A stretch of 64,000 bases of DNA from Malacoraja senta (lineage: Eukaryota): positions 33,666,001 through 33,730,000 of the forward strand of contig CM075984.1 of NCBI GenBank assembly GCA_038087875.1, read 5' to 3'. Position numbers and translations under genes: made by a program. Of this stretch, positions 53,093 through 63,872 are shown one piece after another. Position 1 is the stretch's first letter, and the number at the start of each line of letters is the position of its first letter. Under the pieces are notes generated by a model that saw only the letters and a program-made list of their open reading frames with translations, was not told the origin of the DNA and searched no databases.

Positions 53093-53619
53093 AGGGCCTG
53101 TCCCACGAGCATGCGACTGCATGCGGCAAGCGCGACCAAACCGGAAGCGGGGGCCGCGCGGCGGTCGAGTGAACCCCGTACAGGGCCTGTCCCATGAGCA
53201 TGCGACTGCATGCGGCGAGCGCGACTAAACCGGAAGCGGGGGCCGCGCGGAGGTCGAGTGATCCCGTGCAAGTTGACGTGAAGTTCGAGCGAAGTCCGCG
53301 GGAAGTTCGCCCGTGACGTACGGCGTCAAGACGCTGTGTACGGCTTCGAGATGCTGCGTACGGCGTCGAGACGCTGCGCACGCCCGTCGAGGCGGTGCGT
53401 ACGGCCTTAATGCGGCTGCGGGCCAGCAGGCCGTTGCCGCGCGGAATTTTTGAACAGTGTCATTTTTTCGGTGCCCCGCGCGATGTCGGGACCAGCTCCG
53501 CACAACTCCATACGGCTCTGGCGATCGAAGTGAGACCGGCCCCGCGAGGCCGTAGGGCTCAAGAGACCACGTTAGGTCGCGCTTGCCGCATGCAGTCGCA
53601 TGCTCGTGGGACAGGCCCT
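53093..53619. mobile_element. PIF/Harbinger-type MITE, GC-rich
   Basis: Perfect ~45-bp TIRs agggcctgtcccacgagcatgcgactgcatgcggcaagcgcgacc; TTA TSD. Confidence 0.92.
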
Positions 53620-54211
53620 TTAGTCTCACCTTCCCCAGATCTAGTCTGAATGCTCCAAGATCTAAAGCCCTCTGTCCTGCACCATCTCTTAAGGCACACA
53701 TTTTATTTCTGTACACACTGATACAAAGCATAAGCAGTAATCTGGTGATAATTGTTTTTGAGATCTTCCTTTATCTCTTCCCTAAAGGGCCTGTCTCACT
53801 TGGGCGACATTTTCGGCGACAGGCTGAAAAGAGGTTGTCGTGTTTGGTCGGGTCATGACGGGTGGTGACACGTGGTGTCTCCCTGTCGCCCCTAAATTTT
53901 GGAATGTTCAAAATCCAGGGATGACATCTGGGTGTCTCATCATGTCGTGCGCCCTGTCACACGCTGACGTATGCTGTCCTGTGAGTGACGCCCGGTTAGG
54001 GTTAGGGACCACAGATAGGCTGTAAAATATTCTTCCTTCAATGCATGGATTTTAAACATTAATATATTAAAATTAATACACTAAAATCAATTGTGCAAAT
54101 TAAAAGATGTCTGAGTCATTCAGTTTTATTTACAGATGTATTGGTCCGATTCCAGATCCAATCACCGTCTCTAACTTTTCACAGGGATGGATTCAGTGAG
54201 TGTAGACTGAA

Positions 54212-54446
54212 CTCCCCTCTCCTCTTCACCCCCCTCCCGCCCCCATCCATCCTTCTCCACTCCCCCCCTACCCTTCTCCCCTACCCTCTCCCCCCTTCTT
54301 CCCTTCCCCCCTCATCCTCCCGTCTCCCCGCTCCACTCTTCTCCCCCTTATCCATTACCCCTTCCCCTCACATCCCCTTCTCCTCCTCTCCCTCCCTTCT
54401 TCCATTCTCCAACCCCCCTGCCTCCCACTTTCCCCGATGCCCCCCA
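54212..54446. repeat. C/T-rich low-complexity tract (G-rich on the minus strand)
   Basis: Many C3-C7 runs separated by T or A. Confidence 0.85.
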
Positions 54447-54824
54447 TTTGTGGACCTAGCCTGTGACAGCTAGATCCCACTAATATTACTGCACAAAGGC
54501 CACATCATCTGTTTTAGTAACATTGACTATGAGATAATTGCAGACTTTTGGAACAACAACCCCCACCTCCCCCCTCCGCCCCCTCACCTTGCTTCAAAAT
54601 GGGTGGTGGGTATTTAGACTCAGTGGCAGGAGCAGGTGGGTGGCACTGGTACATTGACAACATTGCCTGTACCCAGTTGAAAAGCCCGCTGCCTCTGGGG
54701 GTTTGGAGAGACCATTGGAAGAGAGATCTACCTCTGGGACAACTCGTGGCCAACGGTTTAGTTCCCATGCGGAGTAGGCAGAACATTGGGGGTTCGAGTC
54801 CAACCCCTGGGGCCCCTGTGTCAC

Positions 54825-54982
54825 ATTTAGTTCAGAGATACAGTGCCCTTCGGCCCACCGAGTCCGCACCGACCAGCGATCCCCGCACACTATCACTATT
54901 CCACACACGTTAGGGACAATTTATACTTATACCAAGCCTATCAGCCTACAAACCTGTGTGCCTTTGGAGTGCGGGAGGAAAC
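54825..54982 (-). mobile_element. V-SINE 3' half nested in a Harbinger MITE
   Basis: gcccttcggcccaccgagtccgcaccgaccagcgatcccc matches the SINE 3' part. Confidence 0.8.
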
Positions 54983-55387
54983 TCTAACCCTAGCCCTAAC
55001 CCTAACCGGGCGTCACTTCCAGGACAGCATACGTCATCGTGTATGTCGTACAACTACGGGCGTCAGTCACTGACGCTCGCAGTCGGCGTAAAAAATTGCA
55101 AAGTGGGACAGGCCCTTTACTTCCTAAAATTTGACCACAAGACCTCAATTCTATTTTTAACAATGTTGTTGATATCAATGTGGACCACAGTCTCTAGCTT
55201 TTCTCCCGCTCCCTCCAGAATAAGCTGGAACATTGACACCAGAGAGGCAGCATTTCACATTGTAGTCATATCTGTGACCACAGAAAAGCTTGAGTGCTCC
55301 GTGAACTGTGACACTCTTGACCTATTTATTTACTCGCAAATGGCTGATGCCATGGTCTCTGTAAGAGAAGGAAAGCAAATTGGATGT

Positions 55388-56012
55388 CATAGAGTCATAG
55401 TGATACAGCGTGGAAACAGGCCCAACTTGCCCACACCGGCCAACAATGTCCCAGCTACACTAGTCCCACTTGCCTGCGCTTAGTCCATAATCCCTCCAAA
55501 CCTGTCCTATCCATGTACCTGTCTAACTGTTTCTTAAACGATGGGATAGTCCCAGCCTCAACTACCTCCTCTGGCAGCTTGTTCCATACACCCACCACCC
55601 TTTGTGTGAAAAAGTTACCCCTCGGATTCCTATTAAATCTTTTCCCCTTCACCTTGAACCTATGGCCTCTGGTCCTTGATTCCCCTACACTGGGCAAGGG
55701 ACTCTGTGCATCTACCCGATTTATTCCTCTCATGATTTTGTATACCTCTATGAGATCACCCCTCAACCTCCTGCACTCCATGGAATAGAAACCTAGCCTA
55801 CTCAACCTCTCCCTATAGCTCACACCCTCTAGTCCTGGCAACATCGTCGTAAATCTTTTCTGAACCCTTGCAAGCTTGACAATATCTTTCCTATAACACG
55901 GTGCCCAGAACTGAACACAATATTCTAAATGCGGTCTCACCAATGTCTTATACAACTGCAACATGACCTCCCAACTTTTATACTTAATACTCTGACCGAT
56001 GAAGGCAGACAT
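55388..56012 (-). mobile_element. CR1 LINE 3' fragment (different subfamily)
   Basis: ORF 55455-56012 LVRPHLEYCVQFWAP...WNKLP; (catagagt)-type tail. Confidence 0.92.
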
Positions 56013-56399
56013 GGGTTTAGGTGTCCTTTAGCCACGGAATTAAAAGTGTGCTAAGGAGATAAATATAGCAACTGTCACAGAAAATTTAAAGCTTTTTTTC
56101 CCCCATTCATTAAGATTAGTGGTTTAATTTGTCTAATCCAAGCATTATCCAAATGAATGTTTAATCTCTGGTTCATCTGTTGATATTATTCACTGCAACA
56201 CAGAGAAGTAAAACATATCGGTATTATCATGAGCACAACTAACAAATACACACAACACATATGTGGTAATCAGCCAGAAACAGGGCCGAAACGTGACTGT
56301 GAAGTCCCATACTGCCTTCATCAATAGACTCCACACATTGATTAAAGCTTCATAAATAGAAAACTGAAATCAAATTTTACTGTACAAGATATTCTAAGA

Positions 56400-57640
56400 A
56401 GCAACTGATACCTCAGTGAAAGAGATTTAGAATAAACAATATGTGAGCAAGACCTTTCAAGCTCCTGTATTTTCTCCCAGAAGGTGGGAGAGAGAAAAGT
56501 AAATTTAGCCAGCGTGGCAGGGATCTTTGACAATACTTCCAATCCTCCTAAAGCAAGTGAACTGGATGGAGGGAAGTATTGAGGCTGTGGTGGACTGGGC
56601 TGCATCACCACTCACTGTAGGTTCAGGCAAACAAGAGCAGACCAGTTGCCATATCAGGCTGTGATGCATCCTGATATAATACTTTCTATAGCACATCTGT
56701 AGAAGTTTGAGTGAATATCATGGGCATGCCAAATCTTCCAGCAAACAAGATTACCTGCAATTTGTGCACAGAGAAAGCAAGTCAACATAGATTCTCTTTC
56801 TCTTGCCCTGCATTTAGCCCTGGATCACCTTGATGCCAAAGAATGTAAATACGCTGATGTGCTTACTAGATCACTGCATCAGTGTGATGGGACCATGTTA
56901 GATTGCTGGTGATGTGGATGCATAAGAACTTGAAGTTGTTGACCATCTCTACAGCCCTTCCGATGATGAGGACAGGATGTTTATTCACCTCTTCGTTTTC
57001 TTAGATCAATAACCAACTTGCTGATATTAAGGGCTGACCTTGTGACATTAGTTTCTTACTTTCTTTCCTGCACTTTGTCTCATTATTGTTGTAGACCTGG
57101 TCGACAACAGTGGTATCATCGGTGAACTTAAACATTGAGTTGGCATTGTACTCGGCCACACAGTCATCGGTGCACAGGGAGTAAAGCAAGGGACTGAGCA
57201 CACAACCCAAATGGGCATCAGTGTTGGGGTCATAGTGGAGTTAATGATCTGACCAATTCATACCGACTGAGATCTGCCAGTCAGCAAGTCCAGAAGCCAG
57301 GTTTAGATGGTGGCCCCAAGGCCAAGATCCTCATTTAGGGGTGAACTTATTCTATATTATGGTTTTGAAGGCTGAGCTGTAGTCAATGAATAGCATCCTG
57401 ACATGGGTGTTCTTACTTTCAAGGTGAACCAGGGCTAAATGTAGTTCCAAAAAAAAGAGAATCTATGTTGACTTGCTTTTTCTGTGCACAAATTGCAGGT
57501 AATCTTGTTTGCTGGAAGACAGGTGCAAATGTTGGCCATTACCAATCTTTCAGGCACTTCATTATGGTTGATGTTAAATCTAATGGGTGGGAGCCTTGAC
57601 GTTCCAGCTGGTATGTCTGTACACCGCATCAATTTTTATG
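56400..57640 (-). mobile_element. Rex1/Babar-like LINE RT fragment
   Basis: Minus-strand peptide GCVLSPLLYSLCTDDCV...KFTDDTTVV. Confidence 0.82.
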
Positions 57641-57931
57641 TTTCATAGCAAGGTCATTATCCATTAATTAAAAAAGTGTGCTTTGGGTATGCTTTAAGAT
57701 TACCAGAAGGGTGGCACCAGAAACCTTTTACAACCTGAAGTCTTTAAACCAGTCGTGCAGGGAACTTGATTATATTAGGTGAGGTCCATCCATAGTTCGG
57801 GATAATTAAACCCAATTGTCGGATGCAATCAACATTGTTTAAATAATGTACATATTATATGAAGTAAATTATACATTTGAAATACTAACATTAGCCAGTG
57901 CTTCTTTCACATTTTGTTTTCTGATCTTTAG

Positions 57932-58093
57932 TTATGGCCACATTGCAGCTTCCAGCAACCAACTTGGCCAATCTGGCCAATCTACCCCCAGGGACCAAAC
58001 TCTACCTAACAACCAACAGCAAAAACCCCTCTGGCAAAGGCAAGCTGTTGTTAATACCCCAGGGAGCCATACTGAGGGCTGCCAATCCAGCAG
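57932..58093 (+). CDS. YEATS2: YEATS2 exon (VMATLQLPATNLANLANLPPGTKLYLTTNSKNPSGKGKLLLIPQGAILRAANPA)
   Basis: ctttag| and |gtaaga, 162 nt, phase 1-1. Highly conserved YEATS2 block. Confidence 0.96.
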
Positions 58094-58119
58094 GTAAGAT
58101 GCCAAAGCACACTGTTTCT

Positions 58120-59541
58120 GCCAAAGCCACACACTGCCAAAGCCAAATACAAGGCGTAGCTATGGGCACACGCATGGGCCCCAGCTACGCCTGCCTCTTT
58201 GTCGGGTACGTAGAACAATCCTTGCTCAATGCGTACCAGGGCCCCATCCCCGACCTCTACCTCCGCTACATCGATGATTGTTTTGGTGCCACATCCTGCA
58301 CCCACACACAACTGACTGACTTCATCCGCTTCACCACCAACTTCCATCCGGCACTCAAATACACCTGGACCATTTCCGACACTTCCCTACCATTCCTTGA
58401 CCTCACTATCTCCATCGCAGGTGATAGACTCCTTACCGACATCCACTACAAACCTACCGACTCCCATGGCTATCTGGACTACACTTCTTCCCACCCTGCT
58501 TCCTGTAAGGACTCCATCCCCCACTCCCAATTCCTCCGTCTACGCCGCATCTGCTCCCAGGATGAGGCGTTCCACACCAGGGCATCTGAAATGTCCTCAT
58601 TCTTCAGGGAACGGGGGTTCCCCTCCTCCACCATAGATGAGGCTCGCACCAGGATCTCTGCCATACCCCGCAACACTGCTCTCTCTCCCCATCCCCCCAC
58701 TCACAACAAGGGCAGAGTCCCCCTAGTCCTCACCTTTCACCCCACCAGCCGTCACATACAACAAGTGATCCTCCGTCAGTTTCGCCACCTCCAACGTGAC
58801 CCCACCACTCGCCACATCTTCCCATCTCCCCCCATGTCTGCCTTCCGCAAAGACCGCTCCCTCCGTAACTCCCTTGTCAATTCTTCCCTTCCCTCCCATA
58901 CCACTCCCTCCCCTGGTACTTTCCCTTGCAACCGCAAGAGATGCAACACTTGTCCCTTCACCTTCCCCCTCCACTCCATTCAAGGACCCAAGCAGTCGTT
59001 CCAGGTGCGACAGAGGTTCACCTGCATCTCCTCCAACCTCATCTATTGCATTCGCTGCTCTAGATGCCAGCTGATCTACATCGGTGAGACCAAGCGGAGG
59101 CTTGGCGATCGTTTCGCCGAACACCTCCGGTCGGTCCGCAATAACCAACCTGAACTCCCGGTGGCTCAGCACTTCAACTCCCCCTCCCATTCCGTATCTG
59201 ACCTCTCTGTCCTGGGTCTCCTCCATGGCCACAGCGAGCAACACCGTAAATTGGAGGAAATGCACCTCATATTCCGCTTGGGCAGTCTACATCCTGGGGG
59301 TTTGAACATTGAATTCTCCCAATTCTGCTAGCCCTTGCTGTCCCCTCCCCTTCATCAGCCATCTGGTTGTCTCCTCCCCTCCCCCAGCCCTCGGGCTCCT
59401 CCTCCGCCTTTTTCCTTTTTTCCTTTCTTCTCCCCACCCCCTATCAGTCTGAAGAAGGGTTTCGGCCCGAAACGTTACCTATTTCCTTTGCTCCATAGAT
59501 GCTGCTGCACCCGCTGAGTTTCTCCAGCATTTTTGTGTACC
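58120..59541 (+). mobile_element. Penelope-like retroelement (Neptune-type), 5'-truncated, with an open RT-thumb-linker-GIY-YIG ORF
   Basis: RT motifs QGVAMGTRMGPSYA and RYIDD; Cys linker CNRKRCNTC; endonuclease LIY...YIGETKRRLGDRFAEH...GLN; 12-bp TSD cacactgtttct at 58108-58119 and 59542-59553. Confidence 0.93.
59449..59476 (+). ncRNA. Minimal hammerhead ribozyme core at the 3' end of the Penelope-like element
   Basis: CUGAAGA-A-GGGU(UUCG)GCCC-GAAA-CGUU. Hammerhead cores are a known feature of Penelope terminal repeats. Stem I is weak. Confidence 0.7.
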
Positions 59542-59890
59542 CACACTGTTTCTTTGTTGGGATGTTTGCATCAAATTTTAGAGCAGAGTTACATTACCCA
59601 CCTCGAAGTTCATTTGGCCTTCTATGCAGAAGCCCCTGATAAACATGTGATATTGTGGGATGGATTTTTTTTGCAGTTTAAAACTTCAAAGAGTGTATAG
59701 CTGACTTGTTCAGCGTCTCTTGATAGGGCAGTCCTCTCACCCCTTGAATTAGCTTGACGAATCATCTTTGGACTGCCTCCAAACCTGCTTTTCCTTTTTG
59801 TTAGGTAACGGACCAAAACTACACAGTACACCAACTGTGGCCTGACCAACAATCTGTTGAAATTGTAACAAGTATGATGGATTCACTTAA

Positions 59891-60460
59891 AGGCCTGTCT
59901 CACGGATTTGCGGTCATTGGCGGTGAAACAGGAAGTTCCTACCGCTCGTGGACCGCCAGAGACCGCGGGTTCGATCCAACGCACACCGTCGAGGCCGTGC
60001 GGTGTTGGGACCAACACCGCACGGTGCTCACAAAAAAACAACAATGTCTAAAAATCTGTTCCTACCGCACAGCCGCCGCCAGTGAGGCACGGGTGCGGCA
60101 CGGGCACCGCCACAGCCGCCGCCAGTGCGGCACGAGCGCCGTCACGGCAACTTTCGCCGCCACAGCCACCGCCAGTGAGGCACGTGTGCGGCACGGGTAC
60201 CGTCGCAACCGCCGCCACAGCGCCGCGATCAGCACTACCGCCGCCACAGCCCCGCGATCCAAAATGACGTCATCGCGTAGCGCGTCGCGTTGCGTGATGT
60301 CGTCATCACCCGACGCCGCAAGCTTGTGGAACCGGCCGTACGGAGATCGCTCGGCCCCCGTGCAGCATCCGTGCGGCGCTCTCGCGGTTGCCGTGGGGTC
60401 CCCTCTTCCGGCGACGCCGCGCTTCACCGCCAATGACCGCAACACCGTGAGACAGAGCCA
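59891..60460. mobile_element. PIF/Harbinger-type MITE with internal GC-rich tandem repeats
   Basis: TIRs ctgtctcacgg..ttgcggtcattggcggtgaa at both ends; TAA TSD. Confidence 0.85.
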
Positions 60461-60859
60461 TAACTGTCAGTTTCATGGCTTATGAATGCTTGTATCATTT
60501 TAAGTGTTTGGATTTCTTTGCTCTGTGTTGTCTTGCCTTCCTGTACAGACTTCCCTGCTATTAAGTGTGAAGCCCACTTGAAAGCAATCTTCCAGGTGGG
60601 GGTTCCAGTAGTACAATTATCTGTAATGAATAATTTTATTGCTGAAGCTTTTGCACTAAACAGGAGTAAAAAAAAAAGAGCCCTTTGAATGAATAACCTA
60701 AGTAAGGTTAATAGCAGTGATCATTTGTATTCCGAACTCAACAACAAAAAATATGTCATCTAGACCATGTCAATTTTCTTTGCTGCTCACTGCAAGTTGG
60801 AGCAATTGTTTTGCAGACTTTAGGTTGAGGTTAACCATCTGACATTGTTTGTTTAACAG

Positions 60860-60975
60860 GGCATCAGCTACCGGGAACATCACCGAGCACGACTGGCAGC
60901 ATTCAGGGCACTGTGGTTGGTGGGTTACCACAGCAACTGGGCTACACCTCATACATTCTCAAGCAGACACCTCAG
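60860..60975 (+). CDS. YEATS2: YEATS2 exon (GHQLPGTS...QLGYTSYILKQTPQ)
   Basis: ttaacag| and |gtcagt, 116 nt, phase 1-0. YTSYILKQTPQ motif. Confidence 0.92.
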
Positions 60976-61571
60976 GTCAGTTCCAGGACTGCTGCCCACC
61001 ACCGTCCACTGCTGTTGCTGACGTTTATTGAAGAAGAAAGTACATGGGCCCATGACAACAAAAGGGCTTTAGATTGATTAATGTTAATGTACTAAGTGAT
61101 TCAGGCCCTAAAGCTTGCTTATTTAATACTAGGAGATCTAGACACTTATTAATGTTGTCGGGGACTGCTTCCACCACTCTCTTAGACATTGTATTCCAAG
61201 TACTCGCCACTCTCTGGGTGCAATAGGTCCCTCTCACACCCCCTCCTATATCTTTTACTGCTTACCCTAAATCTATCTGCATACCCTAAATCTATGTTCT
61301 TTATATTTATCTACCTCTGATATGGATAAATAATTCCTTTAGTTTACCCCTCATAATTTTATATACGTTAATCTGCCCTCCCCCTCCCCCTCCCCCCTTA
61401 ACATCCTCTGTTCCAGGGAAAAGCAGAGCTAGACCCCCCAATCTCTCCTCGTTACTGAAACGATCTATCCCAAGCAACATCCTGGTGAATCCCCTCTGCA
61501 TCTTCTCCAGCAGTATCACACCCTTCATATAGTGTGGTGACCAGAACAGCATGCAGCTGAAGTTTGACTAA

Positions 61572-62418
61572 TCTCTACATAACTAAAATTCTTCGTCTTG
61601 TTTGTGTCTCTGTGTGTGTCAATCTGGTTAATTCCTATCTTCTTCCAAACGCTAGGCCACCATCTTCCCATTTTCACACATCCTACTCACATTTTCCCTG
61701 TGGTGGCGATAAACATCTTCCCGTCGCATTTCCACCCATATTTCCGAAGTTAATAATCGTTAAAATTTAAAAAACAACCTGATTTCTTCAAACTTACCCA
61801 TTTTGGAAAAAAATCTGAGTAATGGCACAATGCACTCGCAAGGCAGGATAGGCCAATGGGAAGGAGGGACACTCCAGCGCTCCAACGGCAGTTCACAAAG
61901 CAAAACGCTTCCCCACCCCCCCCCCCGGTTGCCACCCCCCCCCGGGTTATTCACACACCCCCAGGTTATTCACACCCCCCTCCCCCCCACTGCCGCAGAA
62001 AGACAGCCAACATCATCAAAGACCCACACCATCCTGGCCACACACTCATTTCACCATTGCCATCGGGAAGTAGGTACAGGAGCCTGAAAACTGTAATGTC
62101 CAGGTTCAGGAATGCCTTCTTCCCTACAGCCAAGTAAGCAAGAATTCCATTGTCCTATCTGGGACATATGACAATCAAACATTCTTGAGTGTTGACCCCC
62201 GCCCGCCCCCCAAACCCCCATCGCCCCCCCCCCCACCTCCTGCACACCAATCACAATGGCCTCTCAAGCTGCCGTGCCACACCCCCCACCCCCTTCCTCC
62301 TCCGGGTTATTCATGATTAAAGTTTTATAAAAAGCCAAACGCGTTGCGTTGGGGGAACGGGTGAGTGCTGGAATATTGCGTTGGGAGAGTAGACCTAATG
62401 GGTCTGCACTTGGTCTAG
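61572..62418 (+). mobile_element. Non-autonomous Helitron
   Basis: a|TC start (tctctacataactaaaa); 3' hairpin gtagacc-taatg-ggtctgc then CTAG|t; no TSD; splits a CR1 remnant. Confidence 0.78.
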
Positions 62419-62922
62419 TGAATTATAAATTTGGAACACAACCTCTGTGTTCTTGTATTGATTGCCCTGTTTACTGAAGGCCAGTTTCCCCACATGATTT
62501 CTTAACCATATAATCTATTTATGTTGTCATGTTCAAGGATCTTTGGATGTACACCAAGGTTCCTCTGTTCCTCACTACTCTCTTAAGCTACTATTCAGAT
62601 TGTACGTCTTAGACTCATTAGTACTTCCAAAATGCATCACCTCATATTTATGTGGATGAAATCCTATATGCCATTTCTTAGTCCATTTCAACATTGATAT
62701 TACTCTAGCCAAATACTACCCTCCACAGTGTCAACAACTCCATCGATCTTCGTTTTATCTCTGAATTTAGAATACCAGCCTGGAACACTCTTCCTGAGGA
62801 TTATGGAATGACAGGACAATTCGAAATTTGGAGACCATGATAGATTTTAATTAACTTTGGATAGCAAGGACTGTGGAGCAAAAGCAAGACAGTGAAATGG
62901 AAGCACCAATCAATCACAATTA

Positions 62923-63220
62923 GGGCGGCACGGTGCGGCAGCAGTAGAGTTGCTGCTTTACAATGCTTACAGCGCCAGAGACCCAGGTTTGATCCCGTTT
63001 ATGGGTGCTGTCTGTACGGAGTTTTAAGTTCTCCTTGTGAATGAGATCTTTGGTTTCCTCCCACCCTCCAAATTCGTACTGGTTTGTAGGTTAATTGGCT
63101 TGGTATAAAAATGTAAATTGTCCCTAGTGTATGTAGGATAGTGTTAATGTGAGGTGATCGCTGGTCGGTTCGGACACGGTGGGCCGAAGGGCCTGTTTCA
63201 CGCTGTATCTCTAAACTAAA
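62923..63220 (+). mobile_element. tRNA-derived V-SINE (HE1-like), full length
   Basis: gggcggcacggt head with A/B-box-like motifs; central gtttcctcccac..ccaaa domain; CR1-like 3' end gggccgaagggcctgtttc and (ctaaa)n tail. Confidence 0.85.
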
Positions 63221-63716
63221 CAATGTAAATAAATGGAAGAATAGCTTCAGGGAGCTGAATGTCCTGCTCAAGAGTTGTTCTACCAAGAGCAGATGTACCC
63301 CACCAGGATTCAATGTAGAATGAAGCGATTGACTTCCACGACCTGAAAAGCACACCTTTGAAATATCGGGTATTATTTTAAGTAGACACTTGAAAAACGT
63401 TCATATGGGAAATACCTGTACTTCATTTAATATTACATCTGCTCAAATGTCATCTTCCGTTCATTTGCAGTGGTCAAAGTTTTTGTGACACACAAGAGTA
63501 TAAAGCTTTGGCCGGGCAGAGAATGAACGAATGTACCAATGCTGAAGCCAGGCCCATCCTGCTTCGTCCAGTTCTTTGGAAGAATCACTTTCACAATAGG
63601 CTGGGAATGTTTTTGTTTGAAAGTTACCATTGAATTTCCTTGCAGTTTCCTGGCATGAAATTGCAATTCGCTCGCATTCAAACTGGTTTTGCTGACCACA
63701 GCCTTTCTTCTTTTAG

Positions 63717-63872
63717 GGCACATTTCTGGTTGGCCAGTCGGTTCCTCAAGCCTCTGTGAAACATGGACCTGGTAGTTCTATACCAGGAATACCAGTGCAA
63801 GGATCACCTTCCACGAACTCCCATCAACAGGCTATCAGAGTATCCACTGCCCAGAAAGCAGTGTTTGCACAG
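63717..63872 (+). CDS. YEATS2: YEATS2 exon (GTFLVGQ...STAQKAVFAQ)
   Basis: ttttag| and |gtaaat, 156 nt, phase 0-0. GTFLVGQ follows KQTPQ as in YEATS2. Confidence 0.9.

Larger units (their letters stand above)
53786..55116. mobile_element. PIF/Harbinger-type non-autonomous element
   Basis: TIRs agggcctgtctcactt and aagtgggacaggccct; flanks TAA and TTA; subterminal inverted repeats. Confidence 0.8.

Noticed and set aside
57934-59331. 465-aa ORF as a stand-alone gene
   Set aside because: Its ATG is an internal YEATS2 Met just after a splice acceptor, and the rest is a retroelement bounded by a TSD. Kept only as a possible read-through chimera.
60064-60255. CRISPR-like repeat array
   Set aside because: Eukaryotic context, degenerate tandem repeats with no unique spacers and no cas genes.
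59874-60485. 203-aa Ala/Arg-rich ORF
   Set aside because: It arises from GC-rich tandem repeats inside a MITE and has no recognisable domain.
62923-63000. tRNA gene
   Set aside because: It is the tRNA-derived head of a SINE and does not form a full cloverleaf.
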